Shown here one piece after another: positions 53,836 to 64,000 of a DNA stretch of 64,000 bases. The notes beneath the pieces were generated by a model. It was not told where the DNA came from and searched no databases. It saw only the letters and a list, made by a program, of their open reading frames with translations. Each line of letters begins with the position of its first letter. Position 1 is the stretch's first letter. Source of the DNA: an uncultured Planctomycetaceae bacterium (GTDB lineage Bacteria > Planctomycetota > Planctomycetia > Pirellulales > PALSA-1355); assembly GCA_963785305.1 (NCBI GenBank), contig CAWAUV010000006.1, positions 102,724 to 166,723 on the forward strand, read 5' to 3'. Position numbers and translations under genes: made by a program.

Positions 53836-56800
53836 ATGCCCCGTGGCGTTTGCCGTTTTGCCTCCCCTCGCCCCGACGTGTTCTCGCCTCGATTCGCGGG
53901 CGCCCTGGTGATCGCGGCTGTCAGCACGATCGCGATGCTCGGCCCTTGGGCTTCGTCCGCGGTGGCGGCCGAGCCGGCCAAGAGCTCGCCGCAAGCAATT
54001 CGTCAATATCGCGACGCGGTGACATTTCAGAACCGCGAGCTCTATGATCTCGCCGCCGACGAGTGGGAAAAGTTTCTCGAAAAATTCGCGACCGATCCCG
54101 CGGCGGCCAAGGCCGAGCATTACCTGGGCGTCTGTCGGCTCAAGCTCAAGCAATACGACGCCGCCGAGAAGGCGTTCAAACGCGTAACGAGCGAACATCC
54201 CGATTTCGAGCTGGCCGACATGAGCTACCTCGACCTCGGCATTGCCCAATATATTCGCGCAAACCGCGAAAGCCGCTCCCGGCGACGCGCTGGAAACCTT
54301 CTCGACGCTCATCAAGAAATTCCCCGAGAGCAAACATCTGGGCCAAGCCTATTACTACCTCGGCGAGTCGCTGTACTCGACCGGCAAGAAAGCCGAAGCG
54401 GCCGATGCGTTCGCCAAATCGATGGAAAAAGACCCGGAAAAGACCTTCCGGCCCGAGGCGCTCAACGCGCTCGGCGTCGTGAGGCAAGACCTCGAGAAGC
54501 CGGCCGAAGCGGTCGGCGTGTTCGATCAATTTCTCAAGGAGTATCCAAACCACGCGCTGAAGGCCGAAGTCACGCTGCATCGCGCCGAAGCCCTGTTGGC
54601 GCTGGGCAAATTCGCTGAAGCGCAGCAAGGCTTCGCCGCCGCGCGGGCCATGCCCGACTTTTATGCCGCCGATCTCGCCACGCTGCGCGAGGCTGAATGC
54701 ATGGCCCAGCAAAAGAAGTTCGCCGAGGCCGCCGCGCTCGACGCGACCCTGGTTGAGAAGTATCCGACTTCGACCTATGTCCCGGCAGCCCAACTCGCGG
54801 CGGGCAACTGTTACTATCTGGCGGGGAATTTTGGCGAAGCGGAAAAGTGGCTCGGCAAGGTCGCCGCCGCCGGTGGCGCCGAGGCGGCGGAAGCGGCGCA
54901 TTGGCTCGCCCGCGCCTACCTCAAGCAAAAGCGCCCGGCCGATGCGCGGCGCGTGGCCGACGCGGCGCGAGCCACCGCCGGCCAAAGTCCCTTTGCCGTC
55001 GATCTGGCGCTCGATCAAGCCGACGCCGTGTACGACGCGGGCGAGCACAAGCAATCGATCCCACTGTTTGCCGCCGTGGCCAAGGACCACCCCGACCACG
55101 CCTCGGCCCGCACGGCGCTTTACATGGCCGCGTATGCGTCGCTGGGCGAAAACGATTACCCGGCCGCGGGCAATTATGCCGCCGACTTTTTGAAGCGCTA
55201 TCCCGATGGCGCCCTCGCGAGCGATGCCCGCTATGTCGAAGCCGAGGCCAAACTGCTGGCCGGCGACTATCCGACCGCAATCTCGCTGTACGACACCCTG
55301 TTGGCCCAGGACCCGGGCGGCGCCGACGCCGCCGCTTGGCGCTGCGCCGGGCCACGGCGCTGTTGCTGGCGAAGAAGTATCCCGAGGTGGTGTCGTCGCT
55401 CGGGCCGCAATTGGCGTCGTTCACTTCGCCCGACCACAAGGCCGAGGCGCATTTTCTGGTGGGCAGCGCCCAGCTTGAGGAACATCAAGCCGAACCGGCG
55501 GCCAAGGAATTGTCGGCCGCCCTTGCCGCCGCTCCGAAATGGCGCCAAGCCGACGAAACTTTGCTGCAACTGGCAGCCGCCTATCGTCGGCTGAACAAAC
55601 TGCCCGACGCGCTGGCCACGGCCCGCAAGGCGCTGGCCGATTTTCCCGAGAGCCATTTTCTGGATCGGGCACAGTACCGAGTGGGCGAATACAGCGCGGC
55701 GTCGGGCGATCAGCGAGGCGCGGCGGTCGCCTATCAAACGGTGGTCGATAAATGGCCAACCGGTCCCTATGCCACGTATGCCCTATTTGGCCTGGGCTGG
55801 GCCGAGCTCGATCTCAACGAACCGAACAATGCCGAGACCGCCTTTAGCAGGTTGATCGATCAATTTCCCCAAAACGCGCTCGTGCCCCAGGCTCACGGCG
55901 GCCGCGCGAGGGCTCGGCAAGCGCTTAAGAAATACGACGCCGCGATCGCCGATGTCGACGCCTACCTCAAGTCGAACCCGACCGGCGCCGATCGTGGCGA
56001 CGCGCTGTTCATCAAGGGCCTCGCCGAAGTAGGGCTCAATAAAAACGGCGCGGCGATCACCGATTTCGAGTCGATTCTCAAAGACGACGCCGGCTATGGC
56101 TCGGCCGACCGCGTGCTCTACGAGCTGGCCTTCGCTCAACTGGCCGAAAAACACGACGACGCGGCCGAGGCCGCTTTCGCCCGACTGGCCAAGGAACATG
56201 CGGAGAGCCCGCTCGCGCCGGAGAGTTCGTATCGCGTGGGCGAAGCCCGCTATCAAGCCAAGCAATACGGGCCCGCCGCCGAAGCCTATTACATGGCGAT
56301 GAACAAATCCGGCAAGAACGAATTGGGCGAGAAGGCGGCATATAAACTGGCCTGGTCCTATTTTCAGGCTGGGCAATACGACAAGGCCCAGCAGTCGTTC
56401 GACTATTTGAATTTCACCTTTCCGGCCGGACCGCACGCCGACGACGGCCACTTCATGGCGGCCGAATGCCTGTTTCGCTTGGGCAAGTTCGACTTTGCCG
56501 AAGCGGCCTATCAAAAGTTCCTCGCCTCGCCGGGCGCCGACAAAGACTCCCGCTTCCGCGCGCTCTTGCACGCCGGCCAAAGCGCGGCTCAACTGAAAAA
56601 GTGGGCCCAGGCCGTGCCGCTGCTCGAGCGGGCCAGCAAGGAATTTCCCGACGAGCCAAACGCGGCCGAAGTTTCGTTTGAGCTGGCGACCTGCAAACAA
56701 AACCTCGGCGATGAAGCCGCCGCGTATAAATTGTTCGAAAAAGCGGCCGATGCCGATCGCGAAGTGGGGGCGCGTGCCCGTTTCATGATGGGGGAAATTC

Positions 56801-57051
56801 TTTTCGGCAAGAAAGACTTTCGCGAGGGCGTCAAGCAGTTCATGAAAGTCGCCTATGGATACGGCTATCCGGCGGCCCCCGACGGCATCAAAAAATGGCA
56901 AGCCGACGCGATGTTCGAGTCGGGCCGGTGCTTCGAAAACCTGCGTCAACTCGATCAGGCCAAGAAATCCTATACCGAAGTGGTCGAAAAATATCCTCAA
57001 AGCTCCCGCGCCGCCGCGGCCAAGGCTCGCTTGCAAGCGCTCGGCGGTTGA
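53836..57051 (+). CDS. Large periplasmic tetratricopeptide-repeat protein; frameshifts near 54250 and 55345
   Basis: Signal peptide and continuous YbgF/BamD-like TPR repeats across ORFs 53836-54618, 54242-55594 and 54847-57051. Confidence 0.88.
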
Positions 57052-57093
57052 CATTGCCCGCGCAGGCGCCGGCGAGGAAGGGATTCGCAGTCG

Positions 57094-60000
57094 ATGAGTA
57101 GTCCCGACAATTTTCCAAACGTTCGCCGGCCTAACGAGTCGCCAGGCCTGGACGAGCAATTGTGGCCGGTGAACGTGGCCCTGCTCGGGCTGGGCGGACT
57201 CCTGGCCGGAGCGATCATCGCCACCAGTTCGTTCGACGATCCGCATATCGTGGCCAATGGTTATGCGCGGCTCGTGGCGCTCATCACCACTTTGGGCGGC
57301 CTGATCTGGTTTGCCAGCCGGCTCGGCAATCAACGCCTGCGCCGGGCGCTGCAATTCGCCGCGGTCTTGAGCCTGATTATCCACTTGGCCGTCATTTTGG
57401 TGCTCGCCCTCCATCACCGCGCCGAGCCGGACAAACAGTTGGCCCAAACCGAGCCGACGCCCGAGCGAGAGATCGCGGTGCAAATGGACTACGCGCCCGA
57501 GTCGCTCGATGATCCCGACGCGGCGACCGAGTTTGACAAACCGGTGGAAGCGGCGCCGATCGACGCCCGTGAAACCCAAGCGGCTCGCGAGCAGCCGACG
57601 ACGGCGCCGGCCCCCAAGCAGTCGGCGCAACCGGCCGCCGCGCCCACGGCGATCGAAGCGGCGCGGCCGGCCAGCGTGAAAGAAGCCACGCGGCGCGAAG
57701 CGGCGCCGCGGCGGGGCAATCCCTCGAAGTTGAGCCGGCGTCCGGCCGAGGCGAAGATCAATCCCGATAATCCCGCCCCGCAATTGCCGGTGGTGAAAAA
57801 CGACGACGAGCCCGTGGCCAAGCTCGAGCCGCGCGAGGCGACCCTGGCCCGCCAGCAACCCGCCGCGCCGAGCGCTCGCCCCAGCGCACCGGGCGAAGCC
57901 ACGGTGGCCACTCGGCCGCGCGAGACCAACGCGCCGGCTCGACGCCCGTCGTCGCAAGCCGCGCCCGATGCGCCGTCGATTCCGCTGGCAAAGAACCGCT
58001 TGCATGAACCGCGCGAACTGCCTCGCGAACTCGAAGCGCCCCTCTTGCCCAAGGCGAGTCCCTCGACCGACGCCGTGGCCCGCGAAGACGCTCCGGCTGG
58101 CCCAAGGGCCGAGAGCCTCGCGCGGGCCCGAGACTCCGCCGGCCCGGCCAAGAGCCGCGCCGCCGACCTGCCCGATGCCGGCGACACGGTAGCCCGCCCC
58201 CAGGGCGCGAAGCCCGCCGCGCCCGCGCGAGACAATGACGCTCCGCGCATGGCGGCCACCCAGCGACCCGGCGGGCTTCGCGCGGCGCCGGCCGCGGTCG
58301 ACGCGCGGGCCCAAGACGCGCCGGCCGCCGAGCCCTCGGGCGCGGGCGCCAGGGCCGTGGCTCAAGAAGAATCCGGCCCCGCCGCCACCACGCTCTCCCG
58401 CGCTCGCAACGACCGCGTGGGCACGGCCCCGCTCCCGGCCACTTCGCCGAGCGAGCCGGCGTTTCGACCGCGGGCCGTGGCCCAAGCCGGCCCGCAGCGC
58501 GGTCAGCCGAGCGATCGGCCGACATTGAACCCGAGCGCCCGGCCGGCGCCGCGAGCGTCGCGCGCGTCTCAGTCCGCCAATGTCGAAGCTTCGGCCATGG
58601 CGCTCGACAACGCCGCGACCGGGGCATCGAGCGGCGGTCCCGATAGCTCAAACGCGGGCCCGGCGCCAACGGCTCTGGCGAAGAATGAAATCGGCCCCGC
58701 TGGCCCCGGCGCTCAGCGAAGCGCGGCGGCAAGCTCTGGCGCCCTGGGCGATGACTTGCCGATTTCGTCGACCCGACCCAGCGACCAACGTGGCGGCGCG
58801 GCGGGCTTGGCGCATGGACCGGCGCGGGCCAGCGGCGGCGGCGGCGGCGGCGGCGGAGCCAATGCGGCGCCACGCGTGGCCGGTCGCTCGAGCGGACGTT
58901 CGACCGCCGGCGCCGGACCGCTCATCACACTCTCGGCCGACATGATCGCCGACGCTGCCCGCGCGCCTCCGGGCGATGGCGGCGGCGCCTATGCCGCTCA
59001 GCCCGACGCCGCGGGCGATGGACCTGGCGCCACGCGCCGCGGCGACGCAGGATCGCTTCCAGTGGGCAGCATGGCGATCGAATCGCCGCGAACCGAGGGA
59101 CTTGGCGCCGGAGCAGGCACCTCGCCCATCGCCCGAGCCGCCGGCTCCGAAGCCGATGGACCCGGCGCTGGAATGTCGGGCTCCGGCGCGGGTGGCGGAG
59201 CGAAAGCCGCCTCGCACTCACGCGGCGCCGGGTCTGGCTCTGGCTCCGGCGGCGCTCGAACACTCGCCGGCGCCGATGCAATCAATGGCCTGGCCGATGC
59301 GCCGCTCGGCGCCGATGGCGGCCAACCCACGGGAATGCTTGCCGGCGGCGGAGCGACGACCGGCGACGCGGGTGGCGATCGTCTCGCGCCGCGGGCCGAC
59401 ACCGCGGCCGGACGCGGCGGCGCCGGTGGCCTGGGCGCCGCGGGGCCGGGAGCGATCGTCGGTCCCGCCCAGCGCGGCAGCGGCATTCCCGGACCGCCCA
59501 CCGATCATCTGCCCGGCATGGACGCCGGCGACGCGACCATCGACAGCACCCAGCGAGGAGCTCCCGGCAATGGTCTCGCCTCGGCCCGCAATCCCGCCGC
59601 GGGCGACGCCGAAGGCCCACGCGTGGGTGTCGTGGCGCTCAACGGAAAACTCGGCGCGGGCAACGTGGCTGGCGCGCTTTCGGGCATCGACGGCGCGGTG
59701 CTCGACATCGGTGGCGCCCTTCCGCCGGGTGGCGGCAAAACAGGCGGCGAAGGCGCCGGCGACACAACCGGAGTCGGACCCAGCGGCGGACTCGCCGAAG
59801 TCGGGCCGCGCACTGAAATGGGCGTCGTCGGTCGCCGGCCGGGGGGCTTGGCCGTTGAAGTGGCGGCGCCCGAAGGGCCCGGCGGGCTCGGCGCCCAATT
59901 GGCGCCCGATGTGGGCTCGCTCGATCGCCACGCGCGGCGCGACAGCGAAATCGCGCATTCGGGCGCCGGTCGGTTCCTGGGCCGCAAGACCGGCGGGCTG

Positions 60001-61147
60001 CATTCGGTCGATGGTCGGGCGCGAACCGGCCCGAGCCTTTGCCCGCCGCGGTGGTCAGCGTCGCAATGGCGGCGCGGGCCTTTCGGACCCGATGCAGCGA
60101 ACCGAAGACGCGGTGGAGCTGGGCCTCGATTTTCTAGCGCGGCATCAAATGCCCGAAGGCAATTGGAGCTTGGATCGGTTCGGAGTGGGCCGGCCAGGCT
60201 ATGAAAACGAACAGGCCCAATTCCGCTCCGACACCGCCGCCACGGCCTTGGCCCTGCTTTCGTTCTTGGGCGCGGGCTACGATCATTTCGACGACCAATA
60301 TCAAAACACGGTGCGCGGCGGGCTCGAATTCTTGATCCGTCGCCAGCGGCCCAATGGCGATCTTTACATCGCCGAAGACGCCGAATCGAACAAGAGCGCT
60401 TGGCTCTATAGCCACGGCATGGCCACGATCGCGCTCTGCGAAGCCTATGGCATGACCGGCGACGACAACCTGCGCGAGCCCGCCCAACGCGCGATCAACT
60501 TCATCGTCGCCGCGCAGCACCCGACCCGCGGCGGTTGGCGCTATCAACCGCAGCACGATTCAGACACCTCGGTGAGCGGCTGGCAGCTCATGGCGCTCAA
60601 GAGCGGCGAGCTTAGCGGGTTGACCGTTCCGCCGAAGACCTACGATCTGGCCCGCCACTGGCTCGACGCCGCGCAGGCCGGCGGCGATCACACCGAGTTC
60701 GTCTACAACCCCTACGCGCCCGACACGGCCGACAAACGTCATGGCCGCCGCCCGACGACCACGATCACGGCGGTCGGCCTCTTGATGCGGCTGTATCTGG
60801 GCGCCAATCGCAACGATCCGCTGATGCAGCGCGGGGCCGAGCACTTGGCGCATCACCTGCCCACCTTGGGCACTCGGCAGCAGCCGCTCGGCGACACCTA
60901 TTATTGGTACTATGCCACGCAGGTCATGTTTCACATGAAAGGCGACAACTGGAGCCAGTGGAACCAGCGGCTGCATCCGCTCCTGGTCGACACTCAGATC
61001 AAGACCGGCCCCAAGGCCGGTAGTTGGGATCCGGCGGCCGATCGCTGGGGCAAAGCGGCGGGGCGAATCTATGTGACCACGATGAATCTCTTGTCGCTCG
61101 AGGTCTATTATCGCCACCTGCCGATTTATGAATCGGAAGCGCAGTGA
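57094..61147 (+). CDS. Membrane-anchored protein with long low-complexity spacer and C-terminal prenyltransferase/squalene-cyclase-like barrel; frameshift near 60025
   Basis: 3 TMs, Pro/Ala- then Gly-rich stretch; TEDAVELGLDFLARHQ.PEGNW, GGWRY, SDTSVSGWQLMALKS, YYWYYATQ. Confidence 0.82.
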
Positions 61148-61572
61148 GGAACTGATGTCTTCCGTGATCAGCCTGTTGAAATATTCAAAAGACCTCGCCG
61201 CCGCATGAATGCGGTTCGCTTTGGCCCGCGTGAGCTCCACGGCCAAACGGGCGCGCGAATGGCAACCGGGAGTCGACGCAATGCCATATCCATCAGCATC
61301 TCACGAATGTTCTGGTTCACCGTGAACTGGAATGATCGGGCATTTGGGTTAGCAAATGAGTAAAGGCGTCCTGCCGGGCATTTCGCGGCATCGTGCCGCG
61401 AAGGTTTAACGCATTCGCGCCAATCCCGAAGGATTGGCGAGCGGACGGCGCCGACGATTGCCGGTCGCCGCCCTCTCTTCGGTCTTGGCCCCTGGGACGG
61501 CGCTCGGGTCGCGCCTCCGCGGAGCCCTATCCTCCGCCCAGGTCAAGTGTCATCGTAGCGCGGCGCGAGGCT

Positions 61573-62580
61573 TCAGGCAACCTTTTGCGCGGCGCCGCGA
61601 GCCAGCCGTCGTCGCTCGCGGGCCGCTTCCAGCTTCGCGTCGCGCTCGTCGAATATCTGTTGTTCGATACCGTTCAACTTGTCGCTCGGCGCGACGTAGC
61701 CGATCGCGCTGTGCAAGCGCTCGTGGTTGTAGTGCTCCACGAACTTCGTGATCCGTCCTCGCGCCTCTTCGACATCCTCGGGGCAGGCCGGGCGGATGCA
61801 CTCGACCTTGAGGCTCTTGTGCCAGCGCTCCAACTTGCCGTTGCTTTGCGGATAAAACGGACTCGTTCGCACATGCGTCATGCCGGCCAGGCGAATGAAC
61901 TCCTTGAAATCGCGGGCGATGAACTGCGGGCCGTTGTCGCTGATGATCCGCGGCTTTTCGTCCGGAAACTTTTCTCGCGCGCGTTGAATCACCGTTTCCA
62001 CTTCGAACTCCTTCATGCTCTCGCGCAGCTCCCAATGCACGATGTAGCGGCTGTAGCCGTCCAGAATCGTGCGGAGAAAGTAAAACGTGCCGGCCAGATT
62101 GATGTACGAAATATCGACATGCCAGTGGTCGTGCGGCCGCGGCGGCTGCACGAAACCGGTTCCTTTCTTGGACGGCGAGAACTTGCGTTGGTCGAGCCGT
62201 CCGCCTTGTTTCAATACCCGATACACGCTGCTGGGACTGACCGCCACCACGTCGAGAGTCGAGCATCATGAACGCCAAGCGGCGGTAGCCATTCAGCGGA
62301 TGGCTGTCGTGGTAGGCGAGGATGGCTTGCTTCTCCCAGTCCTCGAGTTCTCGATTCCCCGGGCCACCAGTCGCGCGGGACCTTGCCGTTGTGCTCGTTG
62401 GCCTTGCCGTAGCGGTCCTTCCACTGGTGGAACTTGCTCGGCGCCAATTCCAGCCAGCCCAGCAGCCGCTGGGCCGGCAGCTCGGCACGCTCGGTCCAAC
62501 GCCCGATGTAATCGACGATGGCGTCGCGCGTGTCGTGGGGAACCCAAACTCCCTTCAGAGTTCCCCAAGCTCTTTTTTTG
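61573..62580 (-). CDS. IS3 transposase OrfB (rve integrase core); extra frameshifts near 62360 and 62255
   Basis: WHVDISY, LDGYSR, ISDNGPQF, PQSNGKLERW, YNHERLHSAIGY. Confidence 0.88.
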
Positions 62581-62881
62581 CGCGGACATTCTCCTCCATC
62601 AGTTCGGCGATGACTTCGTTCTTGGTGACCAGCTTCGATTCGAGCTGGGCGATCTTCTGGTCCTTGGCCGCTTCCAGCCGCGGCGGCCGCCCGCCCGCCC
62701 ACCGCCCGACCGCCTTCTCGGCCTGATCGAGCACCTGCTTGACCCAGAGATGGATCAGGCTGGGCTGAACCTTGAATTCATCGGCCAAATCCGACACCGG
62801 CGTTTTGCCGCTCAAATGCCGCCGCACGACCTGGGCCTTCTGCTCGGCGGAAAAATGCCGCCGTGTTCGCAATTCGCTCAT
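62555..62881 (-). CDS. IS3 transposase OrfA
   Basis: RRHFSAEQK, HTH, coiled coil; A7G slippery site at the OrfA/OrfB junction. Confidence 0.85.
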   Translation of the reverse strand: MSELRTRRHFSAEQKAQVVRRHLSGKTPVSDLADEFKVQPSLIHLWVKQVLDQAEKAVGRWAGGRPPRLEAAKDQKIAQLESKLVTKNEVIAELMEENVRAKKELGEL

Positions 62882-62952
62882 GGAAACGTCCTCCCTCGGG
62901 ATTTATGCTAATCCCAACGGCCAAACTTTCCAGTTCCGGGAGGGGCAGGACA

Positions 62953-64000
62953 GCAGTGACTCCCCACTCCTTGAACTTCTCGACGCGCAAACGGGCAGCC
63001 ATTCATGATATCCTCCGGGGCTTCGCAATCGCCTCATAACCTGTTCTTTTAATTCGGAGTTACGCATAACAATTCTCAATTCTCCCGGGGTAATCGCATC
63101 GAACCACTTACTAAAAGCACCTCCGCGAATCGATGGGACCAACGAGAGATTTGGCCGCGGCTTGGCCGTGCTTGGCGCTCGTTTGCCGCTGCCGTTGCCT
63201 TTGCTTCTCCCCACGCGAAAGAAATTGTCGACTTTGGTTTTTAATTCTTCAAGAGGTTTGCGAATCTGCTTGGGCAGTTTTTCCAGCGGCACGCGTTTCA
63301 ATACTCGCCGGAGTTCTTTCATGACCGGCTTAATCGCCTTGCCGGCTTTGATGTTCTTCCGTGCCAGAGCGATCGCTTTCGCGATTTGCTTTGGGTACTT
63401 GCCAAGTTTGCCGAGCTTGGCGAGGTCGCCGAGGTAGGGGATCATCGACACGGCGTTGATGCCCATGTCGCCCCATTGGCCGCGACCGGCCGAGATGATG
63501 GTGTTTGTCCCGTCGGAGGCGGGCGTGGGGTCGAAGAGGCCCACCAAGTCGAGGCCCATTTGCGTGAGATCGAGCAGCGTGTCGGCGAGCTCGGGTTCGT
63601 CGTCTTCGTCTTCGTGCTTGGGCGGAAGGCTCTTTTCAATCGCGACTTTCCGCATCGTTTCTTGAAACGATGCCCGCAGCTTCGCGACTTGTTGCTGAAC
63701 TTCAACGTAGTCGAGAAAGCGGTCGGTCACCTCGGGAGAGACGGGGCGGCCCAGCGTTTGGCTCAGCGAGACGAGCGACCGCGCCGCTTCCGTTCGCCAG
63801 TCGTCAACGGGCTTGGTAAGAAACATCCGCGCGGCCAGCTTGCCGAGCGCCTCGGAATCCTGTTCATCCAGCTGCTCTTTGTAGCCGGGAACATTAATGA
63901 ATTCGCCATCGGCGCCGATACCGCCGACACCGCCGCCGCCGGTCGGCGAGAACTAGCCGCGGTTCTCGGGAAACGCTCCGCGAGGATGCTTCGCGGGGTC
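62953..64000 (-). pseudogene. Polymorphic toxin gene (HPR motif, PT-TG-like domain, toxin tip), truncated by IS3; 5' end outside window
   Basis: DPAKHPRGAFPENRG*F; LDLVGLFDPTPASDG...SMIPYLGDLAKLGK; FSKWFD...LRSPGGYHEWLP..(fs)..FKEWGVTA. Confidence 0.72.

Larger units (their letters stand above)
61308..62952 (-). mobile_element. IS3-family insertion sequence (no target-site duplication)
   Basis: TG...CA ends with imperfect IRs TGTTCTGGTTCACCGTGAACTGGAA / TGTCCTGCCCCTCCCGGAACTGGAA. Confidence 0.85.

Noticed and set aside
62569..62580. A7G frameshift site in the transposase as a novelty
   Set aside because: Standard programmed -1 frameshift of IS3-family elements.

Overview
A 64 kb high-GC bacterial window with a Planctomycetota (Pirellulales-like) gene set: DUF1501, sulfatase, PQQ-like propellers, a surface protein with a planctomycete-type N-terminus, and a prenyltransferase-barrel protein. 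Housekeeping genes include pyrE, lutABC, eno, trpC and purH. Many genes carry single-base frameshifts, most likely errors of an unpolished long-read assembly. Three accessory regions stand out. (1) 13.4-19.6 kb: two DUF2294/MpsC genes, a PAS hybrid kinase, YfdX, a His-rich mini-protein, a YflT/DUF1269-like gene and a REC-BON gene. It holds two copies of a leader element I do not recognise: a uORF ending R-x-T-R(AGA/AGG)-TAA, a gap-free ~55 nt conserved RNA with a compensatory base-pair change, and an intrinsic terminator. This is a candidate undescribed ribosome-coupled attenuator. (2) 38.5-46.6 kb: a GT2 glycosyltransferase fused through an (SP)n linker to an AT-richer Cys-rich domain, split by an internally deleted IS1380 (6 bp TSD). 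It is followed by REP-separated orphan exported proteins and two more glycosyltransferases. (3) 61.1-64 kb: a polymorphic toxin gene (HPR motif, PT-TG-like domain, putative toxin tip) truncated by an IS3 element with no TSD. A ~165 bp MITE-like element carrying REP palindromes occurs three times. No rRNA, tRNA or CRISPR array was seen.
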